The position numbers and the translations under genes were made by a program. Shown piece after piece: positions 50,846 to 64,000 of a stretch of DNA of 64,000 nt (its first letter is position 1; the number at the start of each line of letters is the position of its first letter). Under the pieces are notes generated by a model. It was not told where the DNA came from. It ran no database searches and was given only the letters and a program-made list of their open reading frames with translations. The stretch is taken from NCBI RefSeq assembly GCF_037042905.1, contig NC_087250.1, forward strand, positions 26,972,001 through 27,036,000. The letters are read 5' to 3'. Origin of the DNA: Lytechinus pictus (Eukaryota).

Positions 50846-53800
50846 TTAACACTATGACATGTTGTATTTCTGATTGGTAAAACAGATGTTAGGCATGAAA
50901 TGACGCCTTTTCTTTTTACTAAATTGATATGGTAAATATTTGGGAAAACCCTTTCACGTTCAGTCATTCTACGTCGACAGATGGCACTCTCTAAATCCTC
51001 CATATCACGCACATTGAAGCACTAGATGAAGATATGGTTAAGGATATTACTTCAATTGAAGTCAGATGCCATTGACAGTCTTCATTGAACTAAAAGGAAA
51101 AGTTAACCTTAATTTCAAATAATCTAAAAATTTACATACTTTTTGTATCTGTATTATAATTCTATAGGAGAAAGCGAAGTGTTAGACACAATTTGATCAT
51201 GAAAGCTGAAAAAAAGATTCATTAAGGTTAATGCCAATTACCAATCAAATAAATCTCTTTACGGTTATCCGATAACATTATGATGAATATTTTAAAAGAT
51301 TGAAAAAAAGAAACAAATCTGGAATTTCATTTAAACAAGCTTCAAGGATTAGCAGATGATTAGAGCATAATGATGAAAAAGAAAACAAAATAACCCCCAA
51401 AATTATTTCATTTATACTCTCAATATCCCCCTTGCGCCCGCTCTCTCTCATTCCCACAAAGGAAGTGTGGGGAGGGAGTTGCTGGGCAGTCAAATGTATG
51501 GCTGTACACTTGCGTGACAAAATTATTTCCAAACGCTCCCTAAAAGAGTTTTATCTGTGTGCAAAATAACATCTCAAAAAGTTTTTTTTCGCGGGCTTCA
51601 TTTACACGACCCTAAACAAGTTGTCGCCAGAAGAAGCCTCGGGGAAACGCTTGAGTAAAAAAAACAACTTAAATATATATACGTTTGACCCCGCAATTAA
51701 CCATTGACCGTCTTTCAAAACTACCCTTTTTCTGAAATCGGCGTTTGGATACATTAAATAAGTACAAACGCGGCCCGCGTCCAAAACTGGAAAAAACACC
51801 CCTTTAACCGCGTTGTTTTTTTTTTTTTTTGGGGGGGGGGGTCACGCATGTGTACAGCAATATACATTAATCGACTCCCCTTGGTCTCTCCCTCTTAGTA
51901 TTATTTATCTAAAGGTTTATTTCTACCATTTCACTACCTGACCTGTTTAAAATCTTACTTCCCGCCACAAGCGCCCAGTCTATCGCCAGGGGGGGGGGGG
52001 GGCACTGCCCCCTACCAAATAAAGAGAACGAAATAAAAAAGGTAATGGGGAAAAGAAACAGAAGAAAGGAATGTAAAATAAATGGGGAAAAGTGGGATAT
52101 AATATTTTTCGGAATCATGTCAAAGATCTATCGCTGAATTAAAGTTCCATTTAATAAGCTATAGATTTTCGCTAGTTCGTTTAGTTCGCACACGACATAA
52201 AAATGACTTCCCCATCCGTTGTGATATGCAAATCCGCTAATGATTTTTTTTTCTCACAACGCCACTGCTCACCATCTAAAATTATTTTTCTTTTAATATC
52301 TTCCTCTCTTTCGTTTGTTGTGGAAAGATGCACGTACACATGAAATCAATGTGAATAGATATTTGTGAATAGATATTATATCTACTATCTTGTTGAATCT
52401 TCATAAATGAGTCCAACGTTTCACTATGAACAAACAAACCATGCACAGCAGTCATCATGGTGATAAAACTGATCTTGTAAATATTAAGTTACTATACTGT
52501 ATAATTGCACGTAACAATATTTCCAAGTAACCCAGTCAATGTTCAGAAATAATAAAACACCACATAAATGTATCCCTTGCTCAATGATGATCGTTTTAAA
52601 TTGTTCCTCGTTGGTGCGCGAATAGTCATGATAGTCTACTGCTAATACCTCTGGAGCAGACTTCTTCATTTTTATTAAATTAATACGAACAAGGGAACTA
52701 AGCAATGAACATAAATAAAGCAGAAAATAATATGCCTAAGAAAGAACACAATTATAAAACAATAACAACAACAACAAAGTACCGCTCTTGGAATTAACGC
52801 GAACTTGCAAATATTATTTTCTAAAGATAAGCAAATGATCATTCCTAGCACAACATGCACAATGCGCCATTTCATTCATCTTTCTATCCCTCTTCTATTT
52901 TCGTTTTTGCTTAAATTTCTCATTCTCTCTTCGCAATCTACCCTATCTCAATCGCTCTATCTTTGTCTGCAATCCAATCGCGTCTCGGTGAGATTTAATT
53001 GTATATATTGTATATATTGTGTAATTTTGCATATTTGTTTGTATAAAGCTGAACAGGCTACTCTGCATAAAAATTTGAAATAAATAAAATCTCTTTCTAT
53101 TATTTCATTTTTCTTTTTACTCTAGATTAACTTTCTCTACTCCCTCTGGAGTACCATATTACAACATTGAAATCAACCTTTAAAACGACCTATACAGTAC
53201 AGCTTATCATATATTTGGATGACATCGTCGCTAATTATCGAAATCGTCATATAATAGATAACACTATAAAGATATTGCATAGCTAATAATTTACCATGAA
53301 TGATAATGCAAACATACATAATCATATTACCTTGTCAGTGCATATACCGTGATTGTCTATACCCGTTTGAGTAGTTAAAAAAAATCACAGATCGTTCAGC
53401 GACACTCGCCTTCAGAGAACAAGAATTTTCAAGTGAGTTCTTTTTCGATTTATTGAATCTGCTAATACATGAGACTGAGGGTGGATGGGTGTCAAGTCAG
53501 GAGAGATGCCACTTATACATGTATCTTTTGGCTCTTCTTTTAATTTCTAGGAACAATTGAAACATTACAATGCACATGATGCAGGCCTACATAGTTTGGA
53601 TGGCAACCAGGGAGGGAACGGGTGAGCTCCGAGGAATGCCATTGGTTGCCACTCTTATTACGGGTCTAGGCCTATATTCAATTCAATAATTGACCCAGAA
53701 TGTCAGCTATTTTACTCAATATATTACTGAAATGCAACTCTTAATCGTCTTTGCAACTCATTTTTTTGGACAAATATGCAAAGTTGTCATGGCAGTATGC

Positions 53801-55016
53801 TAACATCTAGGCAACAGTAAATCCCTGTATACAGACCTTGCTTGGGCGCGTTCTTACAAACTGGTTTCATTACACCATAATTCAGGTGCGGATTAAGCTT
53901 TTGCTCATAGTGGGGCCCGATTTTTTTTTCAACAATATTTTAATGATCAGCCGCACAATATCGATATTTGTTTGTTTCTTTGAATGGGTAGTCCTAACAG
54001 TCACTTTTGCTTATTCATTTTTTTTTAAACAACATACATTATGACCCCATAAGCCCTATTTATATAGTGCACGCGCGAAGCTCGAGCTACATTTTTTTAT
54101 TTCATGTATTTTCTCCTGAACATAGTGGGCAATGTTTCTTATCTTAAACAAAATGCGTATGTTACTTAATAATTTTTGCGAGCGCGAAAACTGGGCAATT
54201 GGGTATCTTCCTACACACATAATCCTAGCACGAAGAAAATTTCTGATATTCTGATCTGAAACTTGATATTTTAAGCCCGTTTTGAAGATCAAAAAACAAG
54301 CTGCGTATTTCAGTATACATGCTTGCGCGTGCTCTAGCTTTAGACTTAGAATCTTGGCATTTTAAGTCCATTTTCTATCATAAGTATGAATGCGAGCGCG
54401 AAGCGCAAGCTGAAAATATAGGATATTCCGATCTGTCAGAGAACAAGAGTTGAAAGTGAGTTGAAATGTTTCGATTTCTTTAATGTGCTAATGTGTATGT
54501 AATAAGAATAACGGGGTGGGGGGGGGGGGCGTCAACTAGATCTAGGAACTTAGAATATTGAAGTATTACAAAGTATAGTTTTGCTTTTGGCAAACGAGGA
54601 TGCGTGTAGGTGGGGGGGGGTCCACGGAACCCTAGTGCCCCCTCTTATATCATTTCGACCTTAGACCGGCAATCTACTCACTACCACTACAGAAACCAGG
54701 ATTTTTTTTTATTTCATTGTCAGTACCATTAACTTCACCTTGGTCGATCGAGTGCAGCACAGTGCGGGTAAATTTCTTGCTGAAGAATTTAGAGGGGGCA
54801 TCAGGGGGTCGCGAACCCCCCCCCCCCTCCATCCCCCAAACTATACTTTGTAATGCTTGTAATGCTTCAACAATCTAAGCCATGCATGTACGGCCATGCT
54901 TAACTCTGGTCAGTCTCGATTGGTTTTCACTGGTTGGTTTTAATTTGTTTCTTCCCCAGGATTCCCAGATTGAGCTGAGGACATGGAGGATTTCGATGAA
55001 CTCTTGATCTAAGTTG

Positions 55017-55182
55017 CACTCTAAAAAAGGTTTACACAATATTGGGTTAATTGGGAACATGCATGCTGGTTGGTTAAAAAGATTGAAATAGCCCAATAGG
55101 GGGTGAAAAAAATACCCAGCAAACATGCATGTTTCCTTTTTACTCAATATTGGGTAGAATTTTACTCAGTGTTTTTAGAGTG
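55017..55182. mobile_element. CACT-terminated (EnSpm/CMC-like) MITE
   Basis: TG-CACTCTAAAAA...TTTTTAGAGTG-TG (2-bp TSD), internally palindromic. Confidence 0.7.
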
Positions 55183-55443
55183 TGCTAAAAGAGTCATACA
55201 CAGTTTGGGGAAAAAAGTTTGGATGTTACACATCAACTAAATCACAAAACATAAAAATTACTTGGTATGGAACTCTTCAAATGCTCCGGAATCGGCGTTA
55301 AGGTCAAGAAATTGCTAAATAGAGAGATAATTTGAAGACTGAAGAAAGCATGTCAAGTTAATCTTGCAGATGAACTTTTTCCTTTAAGTAAGAAAATAAT
55401 AAAGAGGAAAATGTAATTTAGTCTAGGGAAAAGTTTCAAGGCC

Positions 55444-55915
55444 ATTTTGCCTCGCCTGCATAGCAGAGCGAGGCTTAAGACGCCGCTTTTTGACGGCGCC
55501 GCGGCGGCCGGAGAGTCGCTAAGGTTTTGAAATGTCATAATAACTTAAAAAGTATATGGACATATGTAGTTCATGTTATTTTGACATAAGGGAAATCAAG
55601 TATCACTAAACATCCCCTGCGAGTTCCAGGCTACATGACATGGGTCAAAGGTCATTTAGGGTCAATGAATTTTGACTGTGTAAGGGGTAACTGTTGAATT
55701 GCCATCATAACTTTAAAAGTTTATGAATCTAGTTCAGTATCACTAATCATCTTTTATAAGTCTTAGGTCAAAGGATCAAGGTCAAATGTCAAATATGGCC
55801 AGTGAACGTAACATTATATTATTATTTGATTGTTGTTGTTTTTTTTTTGTAAATTTCTAAATCAGCACTGCTGCTATATTGAAATCAGGCGAGACTGCCA
55901 GAGGCGCTCTCCTTT
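55444..55915 (-). repeat. Copy of the GACCTTTGACC-unit repeat family (Helentron/HINE-like, inferred)
   Basis: Terminal hairpin GCCTCGCCTGCATAGCAGAGCGAGGC, GGTCAAAGGTCA units and a GAGACTGCCAGAGGCGCTC end. Homologous to 4402-5515. Confidence 0.65.
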
Positions 55916-56049
55916 GCTTTTTTCAAAGATTTTTTTAATGCTTACAATGGTATTTTTGGTATTATCAGTGTGGTAATTTATTGATGTTGTTGTTATCTGC
56001 TTTTATAGGCTGGAGATTTTCTTTCTTTTCTTCTCTAATGATAACAGCA

Positions 56050-56085
56050 AGCATAATGACAATAATAATGATGACTATGATAGTA

Positions 56086-56161
<76 letters not shown>

Positions 56162-56230
56162 TAATAAAAAAAATAACAACAAAAAAATAATAATAATAAT
56201 AAATAAATACTGTAATGATGATAATCATAA
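56050..56230. repeat. (TAA)n microsatellite
   Basis: Visible repeat. Confidence 0.95.
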
Positions 56231-56413
56231 ACGGGCTATTCTATTTCTCATATTTGGGGAAAGTGGGCCTGACATAATGTTATTTTAAGCACATCATGTA
56301 AGCGCAAATATGACAGCAATATTTCATTAAACATACACTGTGAGCGCAAAGCGTGGGCTTGAATATTTTTAGCACTAACCCAATAGAACATGTAGAAAGT
56401 AGTGGGAATGAAC

Positions 56414-57222
<809 letters not shown>

Positions 57223-57270
57223 GAGAGTATTTCTAAAGCGCCAAATCCACATTGATTATGTGCTCAAGGC

Positions 57271-59614
57271 CAGGGACCTGGGAAGCGGGGGTGCTGGGGG
57301 TGCTGAAGCACCCCCAGAAATTATCCTAGGGGTGCTGCGTGTATTAATTTCCATAGGCAGCACCCCCACGAAATCAGGTTCCCCCTGTATTTTTTAAAAT
57401 ATGTTATAATGTACATAATTATCACATCCGACAATCGCAAATCATTTCCATAGTCTTTCACATATTCCAATAACATCCCTCCTATAACGCGACTCAATCA
57501 AACTCCAGCGGGGCAGCACTCCGATACAGACGTGGTCGCGCACAATACGTGGTAACCATAAACACTCTTCGATAGCAGGGAGGGACATGGGTGTGGTTGG
57601 ACTTAAACTTCCAGGTTTTATGTCGAATCAAGTGTGCGCGCGCCCGACCGCCCGTGTTTTGTACACAAAAATTACAAGTCAAACAATAGAAATCAAATTT
57701 CACAGTCTTTTTCGCCCTGCCCCATGCCTCTGGGGGCTGGGAAGCGGGGGTGCTGGGGTGAAGCACCCCCAAAATTTGGGGGTGCTGCGTGTGTTATTTT
57801 CAATTAGCAGCGCACCTCCTGGAAATCTAGTGGTAGGTATGATAAATGACAGAAATGTAATGAAAATGAACGACGTTTTGTAAAATATACCCCCCCCCCT
57901 TTAGAATTTTTCGACATATTACTTGAAATAGTGTTTAAATTCACCCTCTATCTGATCGGAATATCAAATATTTTCTGCTCGCGCTTCGCGCTCGCATTAT
58001 TGATTTTTATAATAAAAAATGTGTTTAGAATGCCCAGATACTAGGTCTAACTCTTAACACGCGCACGCATGTTTATTCAGATATGCAGATTGATTGGGGG
58101 GGGGGGGTACTCCGGGCTGAAAATATTTATATCAAATACATTTTATCAAAATAAATAAATTTTATCAAAATCTGATAACTATTAGTTAAATTATTTAATT
58201 CTAAAGTTTGGCAATATTTTATGAAAATGGTGATATGCATGTCGTCATGAATATTTAATAGGTGGACTGATGCTGTCACATCCCCATTATCCTGTTTCTT
58301 GTATTACTACATGGAATCAAAATTGTTTCATTTTTTTCATACCAGAGTGAATGATATGTCTCCCTTATAATGAAATAAGTTGCAGCAAAGAATATCTAAT
58401 GGACTAAATCAGTTGTCAATTCAACTGTTTTGGTTCTTGAAAGGAAAATATTGATAATAAACCTAATTTTACATAATGAAATACAATAGAACAAGTGGGG
58501 ATATGACATCATCATTTTGCTCATTGAATATTAATGAAGACATGTCTAAAACTGTTTCACTGGAATAATACTAATCTTTGAAATGCAATAACTGTGAGAT
58601 TCCTTGTCTGATTTTGATCAAATCTTTATTATTATGTTCGTCTGAGGTTTCTTTATCTGTTCAAACCATTTTACATTCAGTGTGGAGTTTCAGATCAGAA
58701 TATCAAAAATTTTCTGCTCGCGCTTCGCGCTCACATTATTTTTTTTAAATTTAAGAATATATCCAATTACCCATCATTTTCTTGATTTACAAAACATGAA
58801 TAGAATGTCCCGTTTTCAGGTCTGAAATCTAAATTTTGTTTCCGCTCGCGCTTTGCGCTCGCATCAATTGTATAGTTATATACCTCCTGTTCATGATTAG
58901 AAAAGTTCAAAGATGTCTCGTTTTTAGGTTTGAAATCTCATCTTTATTTCCGCCCGCGCTTCGCGCTCGCAGCAATTGTGTAGTTTTATACCTATCCTCA
59001 TCATGATTAGAAAAGTGCTTAGAATCTCTCGGGGTTTTTTTGGTCTGAAATCTCAATTTTGTTTCCGCTCGCGCTTTGCGCTCGCATCAATTGTATAGTT
59101 ATATACCTATCATGTACATAATTACAAAACGTGCTTAGAATGTCCAGTATTTAGGTCGGAATGTCAAATTTTTCAGCTCGCGCTTCGCGCTCGCATTATT
59201 TGATTGTTGATATATGTATCGTCTTCATGGGTAACTGCAAACAGTCCTTATAACACGTCCCTTTCGATCAGACCAGAGCGTATATAAAAATATCTGCTCA
59301 CAATTATTATTTGTTACATACACATCTTGGACCACAAACATTGCTCAAAATGTTCGATTTTCAGGACAAAATACATGAAATTTCCACAAAAAATAGCTCG
59401 CGCTTCGCGCTCGAATTATCTAATTATATATTCATGTTTTTTTTACAAGAAGAAAGCTAAGAAGTGACTGTCATATATATGTATATATATGTGTGTGTGT
59501 GTGTGTGTGTGAGGGTGTATGTGTGTAATTATGGAAAACTCAATGGTGTCTGTCCCCCCACTTTTGAGGAGAGATTTCAGCACCCCCACTGAAAAAATCG
59601 TTCCCAGGTCCCTG
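57271..59614. mobile_element. Non-autonomous hAT-like element with internal GCTCGCGCTTCGCGCTCGC repeats
   Basis: CAGGGACCTGGGAA...TTCCCAGGTCCCTG. 8-bp TSD CTCAAGGC (57263-57270, 59615-59622). It interrupts a minus-strand L2/SINE-type stem-loop tail. Confidence 0.85.
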
Positions 59615-60329
59615 CTCAAGGCGTTGCGATATATTTATTGATTTTAAATTTCGATCGAGTAACAGAAAATGTCTCCGATTTGCCAGGTTTTCCCTTTTCT
59701 TATTTGAAGAGCTTGATTCCAAAAAGGGGCTAAATCCATTATGTGGTAATTTAAAATTGGTTATTTTTCATATTTTAAATAAAGTTATGCATTCAATTTT
59801 GTAGGTACAGTAAATGTTGTGGATAGAAGTTTACACTATCAGTGCAAATTTTGCTGAAAATAACAGATTTTTCAATTTTTATGGCAATTTTGGATTTAGC
59901 TCATTTTGGAATTAGATATCGAAAAAGTTGCCGTCCTTAGAAAAGAGGACAAAATGTCATATTTTTTATTTTTTAATTTCCAACGGGTAAACATAATAAA
60001 TGATGTGAAATCCATTCTCCAAGCCATATTTATGTGTTTTGTGATCAATTTCCAATATTTAAAATTTGCAAAAAATTACATTTTACCAAGGTTTTGTTCC
60101 TAAAAGATGTAAATCCATGAAAAATTAGATTTCAATAAAACTTTAAGAATCAATACTGAATGCTAGATTTTTAAATCATGATTTAATTCATATAACATGA
60201 TAGTACTACCAAAATAAAACAACAGTGGCTGAGGGAAATGTGAATTAAAAACCTTGATTTACAGAAAAATACCCAAAGTGGATTTAGCTCCTTTTGGAAC
60301 AAAACTCTTTCCTTCGTTATGCAAAATAT

Positions 60330-61363
60330 CAGCTCTTTCTTAAGTGCGATCCACAACCACCTCACAATTTTCTTCCAAAGTGCTTGAAATATAGAGCTGA
60401 AATTGATACCTTTTTAGATAGAAATATCAAATATTTTAAGCTCGCTCTTCGCACTCCCTTTGATTTTCATGATAAAAGATGTATTTAGAATGCCTTGATT
60501 CTAGAATTAAATCTGAAACACGAACGCGCATCTGCTCGCGCTTTGTGATCGCATTACTAATGTAGGAAAGATCCCCTATGACTCATAATTTTCATGATTT
60601 GCAAAACATGAATAGAGTGTCCCGTTTTTAGGTCTAAATCTCGAATTTTTCCGATCGCGCTTCGCGATCGCATCGATTTTTTTTTTTATATAGCTGTACT
60701 GTTCACCCTTACAAATATTGAGTAACATTACCCATTGTTTATGTAGAAATGTCAAAAATTGTCAGCTCACGCTTCGCGCTCGCATTATTGATTTAAGGAA
60801 GATCCCCAATTACTCACCCTGTTCATGATTTCCAAAACATGAATAGAGTGTCTCGTTTCTAGGTCTAAATCTCGAAATTTACTGCTCGCGCTTCGCGCTC
60901 GCATCAGTTGTTTGGTTATATATCTATTATGTTTAAGTTACAAAAAGGGCTTGTAATGTAACGTCTTCATGGCTAACTATAAGCAGTAGGTAGGCCTGCC
61001 TTTTCGATCAGTTCAAATCGTGTATCAAAAATTTCTGCTCGTGCTTCGCGTTCGTTATAATTATGTAGTTACAAACACATCTTTTTCAGGATACCAAACA
61101 TTGCCTAGAATGTTCAAATTTTAAGAAAAAAAATATAACATTTCAAAAAAATTTGCTGGCGCTCCGCGCTCACATTTGATAAATAAGGATTATGATATTA
61201 TACAATTATGTTTATTTATAAGAATAAAGCTAAGAAGTAACTACTAGGACTACACCTTTCAAAGAAACAAACAAAAATCATGTTCGAAAGGCCGACCGTG
61301 GGAAATATGGCTGAAAAAATTCCGCCCCCCCCCCCCTATTGGCGAAGGCTGGATCCGCCCCCG
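60330..61363. repeat. Second GCTCGCGCTTCGCGCTCGC-unit element, ending GGCTGGATCCGCCCC
   Basis: Colinear similarity with 57900-59470 but a different terminus. The left end is unclear. Confidence 0.6.
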
Positions 61364-61640
61364 TGTTCTGTAGACGTACAATTACCGAACCATTATATTC
61401 TCACTCACAAGTAATAACTCCCGGGGTGGGGGACGGGTAATCAGAACAATGGACATTCATGGAAGGAGGGGGGGGGGGCGACGTTACATATTGTAATACA
61501 ATTCATTTATTCTCTTCTGATATCATTTACTACATCATTTCGACACTAGTACTACATATTACTTCATGCTGGAATCAAATTTCACTCATCAAACACTCTA
61601 GCCGATCATTATTGTTTACTTTGATAGAAGCAACCAAGAT

Positions 61641-62183
61641 GTCCATTTACATTGATGAGTGGATACCATGCACGACCAAGACAACAAACACGTAAAAAGG
61701 ATATCCTTTTCAAGATAGGGCACATCAGGTACGTAATGTAATAAGGGTGTCAAAAACACTTGAATAATGAAAAAAGGTATCAAATTCGCTAGGAAAGCTA
61801 CGTGTTTAGTGTCAAATTTGCGGCGGTAAAAAGACAAAAAATTTAAACGATGTACTTTTTGACCCGACAGTCAACACTACGTGTTTAGAGTTCGATTGGC
61901 TTGAGACGTGGAAGGTGGGGTCGTACTAATAACTAAACCAAATGATGTAGGTAAAACCGATGTCCAACATATCGCTGTACTCGTTGTTTAGGGTTTCAAT
62001 TCAGGGAATACTTGGCAAGGGTATCGTTTTGCTTCCACTACTTGTTAAAGGGAGGGTTTCACATGCCAATACTTGTTAAGGGGTGCATTTTCAGAATATG
62101 AAAAATACTCAGCTTGTTTAGGGTGCTTTTCGGGACCCCATGGTCGCGCATGGTATCCACTCGTCAATGGAAGTGGCCCCCGG
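61641..62183. mobile_element. Uninterrupted copy of the MITE that hosts the 2415-13628 stack
   Basis: CATTTACATTGATGAGTGGATACCATG ... CATGGTATCCACTCGTCAATGGAAGTGGCCCCCGG. Confidence 0.8.
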
Positions 62184-62526
62184 CAGTTCCAAAGAGGCGA
62201 CATGAAAGAGAAATGTTAAAGAATTTATGGATGTTTAATGTCCAGTGTTCAAGTAAATATGCACAGATTATTTTCGAGATTCGAGTTGTCATTATTTGTT
62301 AATTTTTCACAATATTAATAAAAAAAAATTCTCGAAATTAATTGAGATTGTAAATTCAAATGAATATACAGTTGATATTGATGTAATATAATTGGATGAT
62401 TAGATGTAATTAAACTGTTGAAGAAGACGAAAATGTTTTATCATATATCTTATAATAGGTAATCATTCATTCGGATCTGTATATAGAACTGTATAAATGT
62501 GACGTATTTTTTGTATTTTAGACACC

Positions 62527-63051
62527 ATGGATCTTACTGGAGTGCGCAGGAAACCGAACGGTGATGACCCTTCAACGAACACCGCCCTCTCTCGACATGA
62601 ATTCTACGACATTTATCTCTGGGCATCGTCTAAAGATACAGACTATTTTCGTAAAATGAAAGATTGTATTCATTCCAATAGATGGAAAATGACATCTTGT
62701 TTTGATCATAAGTTGGGTGAACTAGTGACGCAAAGCATCGAAAATGCTCTCTTGAAATGCTCCCACATGGTATGTTTGATCACGAAAGATGACTGTAAAA
62801 CAGACAACCTTCAACAGCTTATGACAATAGAGATGGCGATTCAGTCGCTTCCAAGAACGACAGGAAAAGGATTAGAAGGCCGGGTTATTCCTATCCGTTG
62901 TGACGTTCCAGAATCTTCTCTTACTCCTAAACTGAAGGCTTTGACAGGAGCGAGTATTGATGATCGCGACCTTGAAGAAAGACTAAGGAAAAGTATTAAT
63001 ACGAACATCCGGATGGAGAGAGAAGAAAAGGAGAATGTCACAGGTGATTGA
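62527..63051 (+). CDS. TIR-domain protein (N-terminal TIR; either a 174-aa stand-alone TIR or spliced at 63043 to exons beyond the window)
   Basis: Acceptor TTTTAG at 62521 and Kozak-like ACACCATGG. TIR pattern: YDIYLWASSKD (box 1), DHKLGELVTQSIENALLKCSHMVCLIT (BB loop/aB/bC), RVIPIRCDV...PKL (bD). Possible donor CAG|GTGATT at 63043/63044. Confidence 0.75.
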   Translation: MDLTGVRRKPNGDDPSTNTALSRHEFYDIYLWASSKDTDYFRKMKDCIHSNRWKMTSCFDHKLGELVTQSIENALLKCSHMVCLITKDDCKTDNLQQLMTIEMAIQSLPRTTGKGLEGRVIPIRCDVPESSLTPKLKALTGASIDDRDLEERLRKSINTNIRMEREEKENVTGD

Positions 63052-64000
63052 CAGATTTATTGTCCCTACCAAAGGTATATTATTTGGCACATTGTGGTTA
63101 TATATGGGTAGTTTTACTCTAAATAGTCTACATCTATGCACTACACTCAACCATCCGTAGCAAAATACACAGCGATGTAAAAGAATTCGACCCCGCCCTC
63201 CTCAAATCATCACCAACATGATGATAATAAATAAATAGGATTTAGGATATAGGAATGATATAGTGCATACTAGAAAAAGGGAAAATGTTATAGCTCAGTG
63301 ATTTGTTCTCCTATATCATGATCATAAATTTACTTCATAAAGTGTACATGAATGGAAAAAATATACTTTTTTTTTTTTCATTTGAGACCCGTCTAAACGT
63401 TCCTAATGCACGCATGACTGAGTTAGAACAATGAAACGTCGTGCTACCAAATTTCCATTCGCACGTAAAGTTATGTTTTTTGAGTGAGTTTTGCTGGTTT
63501 TTACTGCTATCTATTCGGAAAACAAATTTTATACCTTGAGTATGAATTTTTTCCCCCTCTTTCATACAAGACCTTATGCGTTAAAAATATGAATGACGCA
63601 AGCCATAGTCAAGAAAAAATGTTGCATTGAAACATGCTTGATTTCTTACTATTCAATGGATCGTTGAAAAAACAAGCACTTTCTTTTCCCCCAACAAAAA
63701 AGGAAACAATCTTAAAAATAGGTCGGTGAAGGAAACCCCTTTATTCAGTGGCCGCGGAAGCGGGGGAGGGGAGCCCATATCACATGGGCGGCAGAATATG
63801 TTTGAACGGGGAGGGGCGCAGCAGAAAAGGGTACGCGTACATCACCTTTTTTACAATTGAAGGGGAGAAATCATTTTCGTGTTTTCCTTTAAATGAGTAA
63901 CCCCGCCCTATCCAATATTCCACCGCCCCTACCTGGTCTTGTCATATGAAGCATATTTTTACAAGTTTTACAAATAGAATTCAAACATTACTTTCAAGCC

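Overview
AT-rich, repeat-dense eukaryotic DNA. The repeat families and gene style suggest a marine invertebrate, probably a sea urchin (inference). Three protein-coding loci are supported, all on the + strand. (1) A gene with 7 coding exons for a mitochondrial peptide release factor (MTRF1L/mtRF1a-like, PxT and GGQ motifs; CDS 26761-38351, ~544 aa). (2) A RING-less B-box/coiled-coil/beta-propeller TRIM-like gene with one coding exon (44588-46246). (3) A TIR-domain exon (62527-~63050). Most other sequence is transposon-derived. It includes three 5'-truncated copies of a (TAA)n-associated RLE non-LTR retrotransposon (R4/Dong-like) and an 11.2-kb nested DNA-transposon stack (2415-13628) containing a ~6.7-kb palindrome, made by one copy of an element inserting, inverted, into another copy. 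There is also a long-TIR element (16165-21133) whose right arm preserves the empty site of a 2.6-kb insertion, plus many MITEs, SINEs and LINE tails and a ~1.5-kb tandem duplication. The most unusual gene-level features are a ~12-copy minisatellite built from an MTRF1L exon end plus its splice donor, and a duplication junction that overlaps the gene's stop codon. No prokaryote-type system (CRISPR, operon) is present, and I cannot claim a wholly new biological system from sequence alone.
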